In this document: piece by piece, positions 18,843 to 28,081 of the stretch
Layout: each line of letters opens with the position of its first letter
How positions within the stretch are numbered: position 1 is the first letter of the stretch
Origin: Propionibacteriaceae bacterium
GTDB taxonomy: Bacteria > Actinomycetota > Actinomycetes > Propionibacteriales > Propionibacteriaceae
Direction: 5' to 3'
Length of the DNA: 40,671 nucleotides
NCBI GenBank assembly: GCA_035702685.1
Contig: DASSQF010000150.1
Coordinates: forward strand, 1-40,671
Made by a program: the position numbers and the translations under genes
The notes under the pieces: generated by a model
Told to the model about the DNA's origin: nothing
Seen by the model: only the letters and a program-made list of their open reading frames with translations
Database searches by the model: none

Positions 18843-19832
18843 ATGCTTGTGACCCCTCTTGCCTGGACACTGACGATCGTCGTGCTCCTGGTCGTCCTCG
18901 CCTTCGACGTGTTCGTCGTCGGCCGCCGCCCGCACGAGCCCAGCATGCGTGAGAGCGCCATCGCCATCGGGGTGTACGTCGGGGCGGCGATCCTCTTCGG
19001 CGTCGGGGTGTCGTTCTTCATGCACCCCCAGTACGGAGGCCAGTTCTTCGCCGGCTGGCTCACCGAGTACTCGCTCTCGGTCGACAACCTGTTCATCTTC
19101 CTCATCATCATGAGCAAGATGAGCGTGCCCCGTCACCTCCAGCAGTACGCGCTGCTCGTCGGCATCATCCTCGCGCTCGCCTTCCGGGGCGTGTTCATCG
19201 CGCTGGGCGCCGGTCTGATCCACCTCTTCTCCGGGATCTTCTTCGTGTTCGGCGCGTTCCTCATCTACACGGCGATCCACCTCGCCAAGGAGTACTTCGA
19301 GCACGACACCGAGGAGGAGGCGGTCGACAACTTCGCGACCCGCTGGGTCAAGCGCCGCTTCCGCTTCACCCCCGAGTTCCACGGCACGAAGCTCAGGGTC
19401 GACGGGGAGGAGGGCAGGTCCTGGACGCCGCTGTTCCTCGTGGTCGTCGCGCTGGGTACCGCCGACCTGCTGTTCGCGCTCGACTCGATCCCGGCCATCT
19501 ACGGGCTCACGAGCGAGCCGTACCTCGTCCTCACGGCGAACATCTTCGCCCTCATGGGGCTCCGCCAGCTGTACTTCCTCCTCGGCAACCTGCTGCGCCG
19601 GCTGGTCTACCTGTCGCTGGGACTGTCCGTGATCCTGGCCTTCATCGGCGTGAAGCTCGTGCTCCACGCGATGCACGAGTACCACCTCGACGCGCGGCTG
19701 GGCTTCGACGGGGAGGTCTCGCTCGGGATCTCGCTCACCGTGATCGTCGGAACCCTCGTCATCACGACGGTCGCCAGCATCATCGCCTCCCGGCGGGTTG
19801 CGGGGGCGGAGCGCGTGACCTCGGGCGACTGA
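18843..19832 (+). CDS. terC: TerC-family integral membrane protein (Alx/MntP-context Mn-responsive exporter family)
   Basis: 329-aa multi-TM protein with EYSLSVDNLFIF and LGTADLLFALDSIPAIYG. Confidence 0.9.
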   Translation: MLVTPLAWTLTIVVLLVVLAFDVFVVGRRPHEPSMRESAIAIGVYVGAAILFGVGVSFFMHPQYGGQFFAGWLTEYSLSVDNLFIFLIIMSKMSVPRHLQQYALLVGIILALAFRGVFIALGAGLIHLFSGIFFVFGAFLIYTAIHLAKEYFEHDTEEEAVDNFATRWVKRRFRFTPEFHGTKLRVDGEEGRSWTPLFLVVVALGTADLLFALDSIPAIYGLTSEPYLVLTANIFALMGLRQLYFLLGNLLRRLVYLSLGLSVILAFIGVKLVLHAMHEYHLDARLGFDGEVSLGISLTVIVGTLVITTVASIIASRRVAGAERVTSGD

Positions 19833-19833
19833 G

Positions 19834-20535
19834 TCAGCGCAGGGGGCCGATGCTCACGTGCTCGGCTCCGGAGACGGCCGTGCGCGGAAGGCGTCCGGTG
19901 AGCCAGCCGAGGAGGTTGGCGGCGCTCCCCGACACCTCGGACGTGCCAGGCCCCGAGCCCACCGTGAGCACCTGACCGGTGCCGGTCGAGAGCCGGATCC
20001 GGGGACCCTTCGCCAGGTCGACCCGGCGATGCACGTTCCACACGAGGAGCCACTCCGCCGCCCGGGGGTCGATGTCGCCGATGACGAAGCCGCAGTCCAG
20101 GTCCACGTGGTGGAGCACGACCTCGTTGAGGCGCATCATCGGCAGGTCCGACACCGTGAGCCCCTCGAGGCTGCCGTGCAACGGCGTCTCCCACTGCTCG
20201 GGCGTGATCTTGTCGAACGTGTCGTTGAGCAGACCCGACGAGGTGTCAAGGTCGATCTGGATGTCGAGCGGGCTCCGTCGCGCACCGGCCTCCAGGTCGG
20301 TGACGAGGTCGTCGCGCTCGAGCTCGGGCTGGGACGCCAGACGGGTCACGTACCGGCGGAGCACGTCGGCGTTGCGAGCCAGGTGGGTCGCGACGTGAGC
20401 GCGCGTCCACCCCGGGAGAGCCGTGGGACCGAGCCAGTCGTTGTCGGAGATCGTGATGGTGTCCCCGAGGAGCCGCTGAGTCGCGGACCGCTTGAGCCGC
20501 CGCACCTCGATGAGGTCTGCTCCAGGAACGATCAT
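19834..20535 (-). CDS. Mycothiol-dependent maleylpyruvate-isomerase-family (DinB-like) protein
   Basis: N-terminal DinB-like domain with [20 protein letters not shown]. Start is ATG 20535 (7 nt after a TAGGTT hexamer) or GTG 20541. Confidence 0.8.
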   Translation of the reverse strand: MIVPGADLIEVRRLKRSATQRLLGDTITISDNDWLGPTALPGWTRAHVATHLARNADVLRRYVTRLASQPELERDDLVTDLEAGARRSPLDIQIDLDTSSGLLNDTFDKITPEQWETPLHGSLEGLTVSDLPMMRLNEVVLHHVDLDCGFVIGDIDPRAAEWLLVWNVHRRVDLAKGPRIRLSTGTGQVLTVGSGPGTSEVSGSAANLLGWLTGRLPRTAVSGAEHVSIGPLR

Positions 20536-20541
20536 GCCCAC

Positions 20542-20561
20542 AACCTAGGGCCACCCGACAA
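20542..20561 (-). promoter_or_regulatory. Candidate promoter of the DinB-like gene: TTGTCGGGT box with a TAGGTT -10 at non-canonical spacing
   Basis: Minus strand reads TTGTCGGGT-ggccc-TAGGTT-gtgggc-ATG. The TGTC-to-TA offset is 13 nt rather than 16. Confidence 0.3.
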
Positions 20562-20597
20562 GGAGTGGGGGTATCGAGGACGGATCGCGGGACGGTT

Positions 20598-20620
20598 TTG
20601 TCGGAGCCTGCCCGTACCAT
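20598..20620 (+). promoter_or_regulatory. RecA-independent (PafBC-type) DNA-damage promoter box upstream of uvrA
   Basis: TTGTCGGAG-N8-TACCAT, then 7 nt, then GTG 20628. Confidence 0.55.
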
Positions 20621-20627
20621 GTCCGGC

Positions 20628-23555
20628 GTGATGGACAGACTCGTCGTGAGAGGCGCTCGCGAGCACAACCTCAAGAACGTGTCGCTCGATCTTCCCCGTG
20701 ACGCGCTCATCGTGTTCACGGGCCTCTCCGGGTCGGGAAAGTCCTCCCTGGCGTTCGACACGATCTTCGCGGAGGGCCAGCGGCGCTACGTCGAGTCGCT
20801 CTCCGCCTACGCCCGCCAGTTCATCGGACAGATGGACAAGCCGGCTGTCGACTTCATCGAGGGCCTGTCACCGGCGGTCTCGATCGACCAGAAGTCGACG
20901 TCGCGCAACCCCCGCTCGACGGTCGGCACGATCACCGAGGTGTACGACTACCTGCGGCTCCTCTTCGCCCGCGCGGGCCGGCCTCACTGCCCCCAGTGCG
21001 GCGAGCCCATCAGCCGTCAGACGCCCCAGCAGATCGTCGACAGGCTGCTGGCCCTGCCCGAGGGCACACGCTTCCAGGTCCTCGCACCCGTCATCCGCGG
21101 GCGCAAGGGCGAGTACCACGACCTCTTCACCGAACTGGCGACAGAGGGCTTCGCGCGCGTCCGTGTGGACGGCGACGTGCACCAGCTGACTGAGCCGCCG
21201 ACCCTCGACAAGCAGCGGAAGCACTCGATCGACGTCATCATCGACCGCCTGGCAGTGAAGCCCACCGTGAAGCAGCGCCTCACCGACTCGGTCGAGACGG
21301 CCCTGCGGCTGGCGCAGGGCGTCGTCTCCATCGACTTCGTCGACGAGCCGGCGAACAGCCCCGATCGCGAGCGCCGCTACTCGGAGAAGATGGCCTGCCC
21401 CAACAACCACGACATCGCGATCGAGGAGCTCGAGCCGCGGCAGTTCTCCTTCAACGGGCCGTGGGGCGCGTGCCCGGTCTGCTCGGGGCTCGGCACGATG
21501 CTCGAGGTCGACCCCGAGCTCGTGGTCCCTGACCCGTCGCTGAGCCTGTCCGAGAACGCGATCTCGGTCTGGTCGTCGCCGACCGTCGCCGGCTACTTCC
21601 AGAACCTGCTCTCCGGCCTGGCCGAGACCGAGCACTTCTCGATGTCGATGCCGTTCCGGGACCTGACGCCCGCGGTGCAGAACCTCGTGATGCTGGGCGC
21701 GGGCGAGCCGGTGTACGTCCGGCACCGCAACCGGTACGGCCGGGTGCGCACGTACTCGGCGAAGTACGAGGGCGCGATCCCGTACATCAAGCGCCGCCAC
21801 GCGGAGGCGGACACCGACGTGGCCCGGGAACGGTACGCCGAGTACATGCGCGAGATCCCGTGCGCCACGTGCCGCGGCGCACGGCTCAAGCCGACGTCAC
21901 TGGCCGTCACGGTCGGGGGGAAGAACATCGCGCAGATCTCGGCGATGTCGATCGACGAGGCGGCGGCCTTCCTCAAGACGCTGGAGCTCACGGCACGTGA
22001 GGCCCAGATCGCGGAACGGGTCCTCAAGGAGATCCACGAGCGGCTCCGCTTCCTCCTCGACGTTGGCCTCGACTACCTCTCGCTGTCCCGGCCTGCGGGC
22101 ACGCTCTCGGGCGGGGAGGCGCAGCGGATCCGCTTGGCCACGCAGATCGGCTCAGGGCTGGTCGGCGTCCTGTACGTCCTCGACGAGCCCTCCATCGGCC
22201 TTCACCAGCGCGACAACCGCCGCCTCATCGACACGCTCGTGCGCCTGCGCAACCTCGGCAACACCCTCATCGTCGTCGAGCACGACGAGGACACCATCCG
22301 TGCGGCGGACTGGACCGTCGACATCGGGCCGGGAGCCGGGGAGCACGGGGGCGAGGTCATCGTCTCCGGCCCGGTGAGCGAGCTGCTGGCGAGCAAGGAG
22401 TCTCTCACCGGCGCGTACCTCGCTGGGCGCCGGTCGATCCCGCTGCCCGCCGCTCGACGCCCGCAGACGGGCCGCGCTGTGACGATCGTCGGCGCGAAGG
22501 AGAACAACCTCCGTGACGTCACCGTGTCGTTCCCGTTGGGCCAGCTCATCTCCGTGACCGGCGTCTCCGGCTCCGGGAAGTCGACCCTTGTCAACGGGAT
22601 CCTCTACGCAGCCCTGGCCCGGCGCATCTACAGCTCGAAGACCATGCCCGGTCGGCACACGCACATCGACGGGTACCACGAGATCGACAAGATCATCCAC
22701 GTCGACCAGTCGCCGATCGGCCGCACGCCGCGCTCGAACCCGGCGACCTACACGGGCGTGTTCGACCGGATCCGCTCGCTGTTCGCGGAGACGCCCGAGG
22801 CCAAGGTGCGGGGCTACCAGCCGGGGCGCTTCTCCTTCAACGTCAAGGGTGGCCGCTGCGAGAACTGCTCCGGCGACGGCACGATCAAGATCGAGATGAA
22901 CTTCCTCCCGGACGTCTACGTCCCGTGCGAGGTGTGCCACGGTGCCCGGTACAACCGCGAGACGCTCGAGGTGCACTACAAGGGCAAGACCATCGCCGAG
23001 GTCCTGGACATGCCCATCGAGGAGGGCGCCGAGTTCTTCGCGGCCATCCCGGCGATCGCCCGCCACCTCACGACGCTCGTCGACGTGGGCCTGGGGTACG
23101 TACGGATGGGGCAGCCGGCCACGACGCTCTCGGGTGGTGAGGCCCAGCGCGTCAAGCTCGCGGCGGAGCTCCAGCGCCGTGCGACGGGACGAACCATGTA
23201 CGTGCTGGACGAGCCGACCACCGGCCTCCACTTCGAGGACATCCGCAAGCTGCTCGGGGTCCTGCAGAAGCTCGTGGACGCGGGGAACTCCGTGGTCGTC
23301 ATCGAACACAACCTCGACGTCATCAAGTCGTCCGACTGGATCATCGACCTGGGGCCCGAGGGCGGCTCTCGTGGCGGTCAGGTGATCGCGACGGGCACGC
23401 CGGAGCAGGTGGCCGCGTGCGCCGAGTCGTACACGGGCCAGTTCCTCGCCGAGGTGCTCAAGGGGACGGACATCGGCGTCGGCGAACCGCCCGTGCCGCT
23501 CGTGCCCAGGACCGCTCCGGTCAAGAGACCACGAGCGAGTCGCCGGACTGCGTGA
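20628..23555 (+). CDS. uvrA: Excinuclease ABC subunit A
   Basis: Two Walker A loops ([23 protein letters not shown]) and zinc modules ([25 protein letters not shown]...CEVCHG). The track ORF starts at 20565. In-frame ATG 20619 lies inside the predicted -10 hexamer. GTG 20628 or ATG 20631 ([16 protein letters not shown]) is therefore preferred. Confidence 0.95.
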   Translation: MMDRLVVRGAREHNLKNVSLDLPRDALIVFTGLSGSGKSSLAFDTIFAEGQRRYVESLSAYARQFIGQMDKPAVDFIEGLSPAVSIDQKSTSRNPRSTVGTITEVYDYLRLLFARAGRPHCPQCGEPISRQTPQQIVDRLLALPEGTRFQVLAPVIRGRKGEYHDLFTELATEGFARVRVDGDVHQLTEPPTLDKQRKHSIDVIIDRLAVKPTVKQRLTDSVETALRLAQGVVSIDFVDEPANSPDRERRYSEKMACPNNHDIAIEELEPRQFSFNGPWGACPVCSGLGTMLEVDPELVVPDPSLSLSENAISVWSSPTVAGYFQNLLSGLAETEHFSMSMPFRDLTPAVQNLVMLGAGEPVYVRHRNRYGRVRTYSAKYEGAIPYIKRRHAEADTDVARERYAEYMREIPCATCRGARLKPTSLAVTVGGKNIAQISAMSIDEAAAFLKTLELTAREAQIAERVLKEIHERLRFLLDVGLDYLSLSRPAGTLSGGEAQRIRLATQIGSGLVGVLYVLDEPSIGLHQRDNRRLIDTLVRLRNLGNTLIVVEHDEDTIRAADWTVDIGPGAGEHGGEVIVSGPVSELLASKESLTGAYLAGRRSIPLPAARRPQTGRAVTIVGAKENNLRDVTVSFPLGQLISVTGVSGSGKSTLVNGILYAALARRIYSSKTMPGRHTHIDGYHEIDKIIHVDQSPIGRTPRSNPATYTGVFDRIRSLFAETPEAKVRGYQPGRFSFNVKGGRCENCSGDGTIKIEMNFLPDVYVPCEVCHGARYNRETLEVHYKGKTIAEVLDMPIEEGAEFFAAIPAIARHLTTLVDVGLGYVRMGQPATTLSGGEAQRVKLAAELQRRATGRTMYVLDEPTTGLHFEDIRKLLGVLQKLVDAGNSVVVIEHNLDVIKSSDWIIDLGPEGGSRGGQVIATGTPEQVAACAESYTGQFLAEVLKGTDIGVGEPPVPLVPRTAPVKRPRASRRTA

Positions 23556-24006
23556 CCTTGGCGGCCCTCAGCGCGCGCCGCGCGGGACCCGAGATGACGG
23601 ACCCGTCGGCGACGGAGAAGCGGGAGTTGTGGCACGTGCAGATGATGGCGCCGCCGGAGATCTGAGACACCGGACACCCTTCGTGGGTGCACACGCTGCT
23701 GAACGCCTTGAAGGTCCCGGCCGTCGGCTGGGTCACGACGAAGCTCGCCGACTGCATGATGACGCCGCCTCCGACGGGGACGTCCGCGACCTTCACGGTG
23801 CTGCCGGAGGCGCCACCGGGCGAGGTCCCGGAGCCGCCTGAGCTGCCGGACCCCCCGGCGGTCGTCGACCCGCCGCCCGCGGTCCCCGCGCCTGCCCCGC
23901 CCCCGGCTGTCGCGGTGGGGGAGCTGCACGCGGCCAGGCCGAGACCGGCGAGCGTGAGACCCATGCCCGCGGCGAAGAGGCTGCGGCGTGGAACGTCGGG
24001 CGACAT
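23521..24006 (-). CDS. Tat-exported Rieske [2Fe-2S] lipoprotein
   Basis: ATG 24006 with AGGAGG 6 nt upstream. Twin-arginine signal (PRRSLFAAG), lipobox LAAC, a Gly/Ser/Thr-rich linker, and Rieske motifs CTHEGC and CTCHNS. The track ORF extension to 24231 is rejected. Confidence 0.85.
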   Translation of the reverse strand: MSPDVPRRSLFAAGMGLTLAGLGLAACSSPTATAGGGAGAGTAGGGSTTAGGSGSSGGSGTSPGGASGSTVKVADVPVGGGVIMQSASFVVTQPTAGTFKAFSSVCTHEGCPVSQISGGAIICTCHNSRFSVADGSVISGPARRALRAAKVTQSGDSLVVS

Positions 24007-24153
24007 GGGCGACCTCCTGTGGCTGTTGAAGGCGCGCAGCACGGCGAGCGCCAGCCTGAACTGTAGGAGGACGAAGGCCCACACCGGCGGCGACGCCCGC
24101 AACTCACAGCGGACGCCCAGGAACACACAGGTTCGCCGGTACAGCGCCGGGGA

Positions 24154-24176
24154 GTGTCGGCGACGGCGACTACATT
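24154..24176 (+). promoter_or_regulatory. RecA-independent (PafBC-type) DNA-damage promoter box upstream of uvrC
   Basis: gTGTCGGcg-N8-TACATT, then 8 nt, then GTG 24185. Confidence 0.5.
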
Positions 24177-24184
24177 GTGCGACT

Positions 24185-26167
24185 GTGGCGGATCCGGTGA
24201 CGTACAGGCCGAAGGTGGGGTCGATCCCCACCGACCCCGGCGTGTACCGGTTCAGGGACGCTCATGGCACCGTCATCTACGTCGGCAAGGCCAAGAACCT
24301 CCGCCAGAGGCTGAACTCGTACTTCGCCGACCCCGCGGGGCTGCACCACCGGACCCGCACGATGGTCTTCACGGCCGCCAAGGTGGAGTGGACGGTCGTC
24401 CAGAACGAGCTCGAGGCGCTCCAGCTCGAGTACACGTGGATCAAGAAGTACGACCCGCGGTTCAACGTGAAGTACCGCGACGACAAGACGTACCCCTGGC
24501 TCTGCGTGAGCTGGTCCGAGGAGTTCCCGCGCGTCTTCGTCGGCCGGGGCGCCAAGCGGCGCGGCTGGCGCTACTTCGGTCCGTACGGCCATGCCTGGGC
24601 CATCCGGGACACCGTCGACGCGCTCCTGGGCGTCTTCCCGATGCGGTCGTGCAGCGCCGCGACGTTCAAGTCGGCGGCGGCCGCGGGCAGGCCCTGCCTG
24701 CTGGGCTACATCGACAAGTGCTCGGCCCCGTGCGTGGGCCGGATCACGCCCGAGGCCCACAGGGACATCGCCGAGGACTTCTGTGCGTTCATGGGCGGCC
24801 AGACGAAGGCCATCGAGAAGCGGCTCGAGCGCGAGATGGCCGTCGCGGCGCACAACATGGAGTACGAGCGCGCCGCGGTCGTCCGTGACCAGCTCGGCGC
24901 ACTCCGGAAGATCCTCGAGCGCAACGCGATCGTCCTCACCGACGGCACGGACGCGGATGTCGTCGCGATGGCCGTCGACCAGCTCGAGGTCGCCGTACAG
25001 GTCTTCCACGTCCGGGACGGGCGTGTGCAGGGGGAGCGCGGCTGGGTCGCGGACCGGTCCGACGAGGGCGACGAGCCGGCCCTCGTCGAGGCGTTCCTCC
25101 TCCAGCTCTACGCCGAGCAGGTCTCCGCGGACATGACACCCGCCGAGCGGCGACGCGCCGTACCGCCTCTGGTCCTCGTCCCCGCCCTGCCGTCGGGAGC
25201 CGACCTGCTCGAGCAGCTCCTGGCGGAGGAGAGGGGGGCGAAGGTACGGATCCAGGTGCCGCAGCGCGGCGACAAGCGCGTCCTCCTCGACACGGTCACG
25301 CGGAACGCCACCGAGGCCCTCACGCGCCACAAGACCCGGCGCGCCAGCGACCTCACGACCCGCAACCGGGCGCTCGAGGAGATCCAGGAGGCCCTCGGCC
25401 TGGCCACCGTGCCGCTGCGGATCGAGTGCTTCGACATCTCCCACCTCCAGGGCACCGAGACCGTCGCGTCGATGGTCGTCTTCGAGGACGGCCTGTCGCG
25501 GAAGTCGGAGTACCGGCGGTTCGTCGTGCGTACCGTCGCCTCGAACGACGTCGGCGCCATGACCGAGGTGCTCACCCGCCGGTTCCGGCGCCTCCTCGAC
25601 GAGCGCGAGCTCCTGCGCGACGTCGACGACGACAGCGCCGCCTCCGCGCTCGTCGACGCGACCACCCGCGCACCGCGCGGCTTCGCGTATGCGCCCGCCC
25701 TCCTCGTCGTCGACGGCGGCGCCCCGCAGGTGGCGGCAGCGCAGACGGTCCTCGAGGAGCTCGGCATCACCGACGTCGCCGTGTGCGGCCTCGCCAAACG
25801 GCTCGAGGAGGTGTGGCTGCCGGGGGAGGAGTTCCCCCTGATCCTGCCCCGTACCAGCGAGGGCCTGTACCTGCTGCAGCGGATCCGTGACGAGGCCCAC
25901 CGATTCGCCATCACCCACCACAGGGGCCGCCGGAGCGTGTCGATGGTCGAGTCGCTGCTGGACGACGTCACGGGGCTGGGCGAGGTGCGCCGCAAGGCGC
26001 TCCTGCGGCGCTTCGGCTCCATGAAGAAGCTCCGAGCCGCGTCCGCGGAGGAGATCGCGGAGACACCCGGCTTCGGGCCGCGGCTGGCGGAGGCCGTGGC
26101 GGCTGCCGTCGCCTCCCGGCAGCCGGGGGAGTCCGTGAACCTCACGACGGGCGAAATTCTCGACTGA
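24185..26167 (+). CDS. uvrC: Excinuclease ABC subunit C
   Basis: GTG 24185 gives [25 protein letters not shown] with a GIY-YIG module ([18 protein letters not shown]), a UVR domain and a C-terminal HhH region. Track ORF part 23687-24184 is antisense to the Rieske gene and is rejected. Confidence 0.95.
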   Translation: MADPVTYRPKVGSIPTDPGVYRFRDAHGTVIYVGKAKNLRQRLNSYFADPAGLHHRTRTMVFTAAKVEWTVVQNELEALQLEYTWIKKYDPRFNVKYRDDKTYPWLCVSWSEEFPRVFVGRGAKRRGWRYFGPYGHAWAIRDTVDALLGVFPMRSCSAATFKSAAAAGRPCLLGYIDKCSAPCVGRITPEAHRDIAEDFCAFMGGQTKAIEKRLEREMAVAAHNMEYERAAVVRDQLGALRKILERNAIVLTDGTDADVVAMAVDQLEVAVQVFHVRDGRVQGERGWVADRSDEGDEPALVEAFLLQLYAEQVSADMTPAERRRAVPPLVLVPALPSGADLLEQLLAEERGAKVRIQVPQRGDKRVLLDTVTRNATEALTRHKTRRASDLTTRNRALEEIQEALGLATVPLRIECFDISHLQGTETVASMVVFEDGLSRKSEYRRFVVRTVASNDVGAMTEVLTRRFRRLLDERELLRDVDDDSAASALVDATTRAPRGFAYAPALLVVDGGAPQVAAAQTVLEELGITDVAVCGLAKRLEEVWLPGEEFPLILPRTSEGLYLLQRIRDEAHRFAITHHRGRRSVSMVESLLDDVTGLGEVRRKALLRRFGSMKKLRAASAEEIAETPGFGPRLAEAVAAAVASRQPGESVNLTTGEILD

Positions 26168-26178
26168 GCCCGCGCCCT

Positions 26179-26202
26179 GAGGCCGCCCGGCCCTGCGGCC
26201 TC
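26179..26202 (+). terminator. Hairpin between uvrC and rapZ (possible partial terminator)
   Basis: GAGGCCGC-ccggccct-GCGGCCTC, an 8-bp GC-rich stem 12 nt after the uvrC stop. Confidence 0.35.
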
Positions 26203-26204
26203 GC

Positions 26205-26210
26205 GATAAT
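26205..26210 (+). promoter_or_regulatory. Candidate -10 hexamer GATAAT placed for a leaderless rapZ mRNA
   Basis: GATAAT, then 6 nt, then GTG 26217. No SD in the gap. Confidence 0.3.
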
Positions 26211-26216
26211 GGCCAC

Positions 26217-27089
26217 GTGAGCGAGCAGGAGAGCAGCAGGCAGCGTCTCGTCGTCATCACCGGGATGTCCGGTGCCGGGCGTCGTACCGCCGCGCACGCC
26301 ATGGAGGACCACGGCTGGTACGTCGTCGACAACCTCCCGCCCGCGATGCTGCCCCTCCTGGTGCGCCAGCTCGCCTCCGAAGGCATCACGAAGGTCGCTG
26401 TGGTGATCGACGTCCGCAGCCGCGCGGACATGCAGCATCTGCCCGTCGTCTTCTCAGAGCTCGCCGAGAAGGGCGTCACCGCGGAGATCTGCTTCATCGA
26501 GGCCGCGGACGAGGTCATCGTCAAGCGGCAGGAGTCGTCGCGGCGCCCGGTGCCCCTTCAGGAGGACGGACGGATGATCGAAGGCATCCGGCGTGAGCGA
26601 CGCATGATGTCCACGCTGCGGGCCGCCGCGGACATGGTCATCGACACGTCGTCGCTCAACGTGCACCAGCTGCAGGCACGCGTCGCGCACGCGTACGGCG
26701 GTGACGACCGGGACGAGCTGCGTGTCATCGTCGTCTCGTTCGGCTTCAAGAACGGCGTGCCCATCGACTCGGACATGGTCTTCGACGTGCGGTTCCTCCC
26801 GAACCCGCACTGGGTCCCGGAGCTCCGCCCGCAGACCGGGCTCTCGGAGGCGGTCTCCTCGTACGTGCTGGGCCAGCCGGCCGCCGGGCCCTTCCTGACC
26901 CACATGCTCGAGCTCCTCGACTGCGTCCTGCCCGGGTACGTCGCCGAAGGCAAGCGCCAGGTCGAGCTTGCGATCGGCTGTACGGGCGGCAAGCACCGCT
27001 CCACGGCCATCGCGGAGGAGCTGGCACGGCGACTCCGCGAGCGGGACCTCCCCGTCCAGGTGATGCACCGGGACCTCGGGCGCGAATGA
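26217..27089 (+). CDS. rapZ: RNase adapter / nucleotide-binding protein RapZ (YvcJ)
   Basis: P-loop VVITGMSGAGRRTAA and C-terminal CTGGKHRS motif. 290 aa. Confidence 0.93.
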   Translation: MSEQESSRQRLVVITGMSGAGRRTAAHAMEDHGWYVVDNLPPAMLPLLVRQLASEGITKVAVVIDVRSRADMQHLPVVFSELAEKGVTAEICFIEAADEVIVKRQESSRRPVPLQEDGRMIEGIRRERRMMSTLRAAADMVIDTSSLNVHQLQARVAHAYGGDDRDELRVIVVSFGFKNGVPIDSDMVFDVRFLPNPHWVPELRPQTGLSEAVSSYVLGQPAAGPFLTHMLELLDCVLPGYVAEGKRQVELAIGCTGGKHRSTAIAEELARRLRERDLPVQVMHRDLGRE

Positions 27090-28039
27090 CCGGCCGGTTC
27101 TCCCGCCTCCCGGCGGTGGCGGCGCTCGGCGGCGGGCACGGCCTCTTCGCGACGCTGTCGGCGCTGCGCCGGCTCACGGACGACCTCACGGCCATCGTCA
27201 CGGTGGCCGACGACGGGGGCTCGTCGGGCCGCCTGCGCGACGAGTTCGACTGCCTGCCGCCCGGGGACCTCCGCATGGCGCTCGCGGCCCTGTGCGACGA
27301 CGACTCCGAGGGCCGCCTGTGGGCCGACGTGCTCCAGTCCCGCTTCACCGGCCACGGTCCCTTGGGAGGCCACGCGATCGGGAACCTCCTCATCGCGGGC
27401 CTGTGGCAGCAGCTGGCGGACCCCGTCGAGGGTCTCGACATGGTCGGCCAGCTGCTGCGGGTGCACGGCCGGGTCCTGCCGATGTCCGCCGTGCCGTTGA
27501 CCATCGAGGCCGACGTCGTGGGACTGCGGTCGGACGCTCCGGACGAGATCTCTGTCGTCCGCGGCCAGGCCCAGGTCGCCAAGACGACCGGCCGTGTCGT
27601 GGCCGTACGGCTCGGCCCGGAACGACCCCCCGCGCACCCGGCAGCCGTCGAGGCGCTGCGCGAGGCGGACTTCATCGTCCTGGGGCCCGGGTCGTGGTTC
27701 ACGTCCGTGCTCGTGCACCTGCTCGTGCCCGAGCTCGCCGAGGCGATCGTGACCTCGAAGGCGAAGCGCATCCTCGTGCTCAACATGGTTCCGGCGGACG
27801 AGACCGCTGGGTTCTCGCCCGCCGCGCACATCGACGTCCTCGCGGACCACGCGCCGGCCCTCCGCCTCGACCACGTCATCGCCGACCACCGCTTCGCCGG
27901 GCTGGACGGCCACCTCGGCACGTACGTGGAGAGCCTCGGGGCCACCCTCCACGTGGCCCATCTCGGCATGCGCGACGGCTCCGCGCGGCACGACCCGCTG
28001 CTCCTCGCGGCCTCCCTCGCGGGTGCCATGGGTCTGTGA
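27086..28039 (+). CDS. yvcK: YvcK/CuvA gluconeogenesis-factor family protein (CofD-like)
   Basis: ATGA overlap with rapZ. LGGGHGL and VTVADDGGSSGRLR motifs. Confidence 0.9.
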   Translation: MTGRFSRLPAVAALGGGHGLFATLSALRRLTDDLTAIVTVADDGGSSGRLRDEFDCLPPGDLRMALAALCDDDSEGRLWADVLQSRFTGHGPLGGHAIGNLLIAGLWQQLADPVEGLDMVGQLLRVHGRVLPMSAVPLTIEADVVGLRSDAPDEISVVRGQAQVAKTTGRVVAVRLGPERPPAHPAAVEALREADFIVLGPGSWFTSVLVHLLVPELAEAIVTSKAKRILVLNMVPADETAGFSPAAHIDVLADHAPALRLDHVIADHRFAGLDGHLGTYVESLGATLHVAHLGMRDGSARHDPLLLAASLAGAMGL

Positions 28040-28081
28040 CCGCCGTCCGGGGCACCCTCGGCCGTATGACAAGATTGCGCA

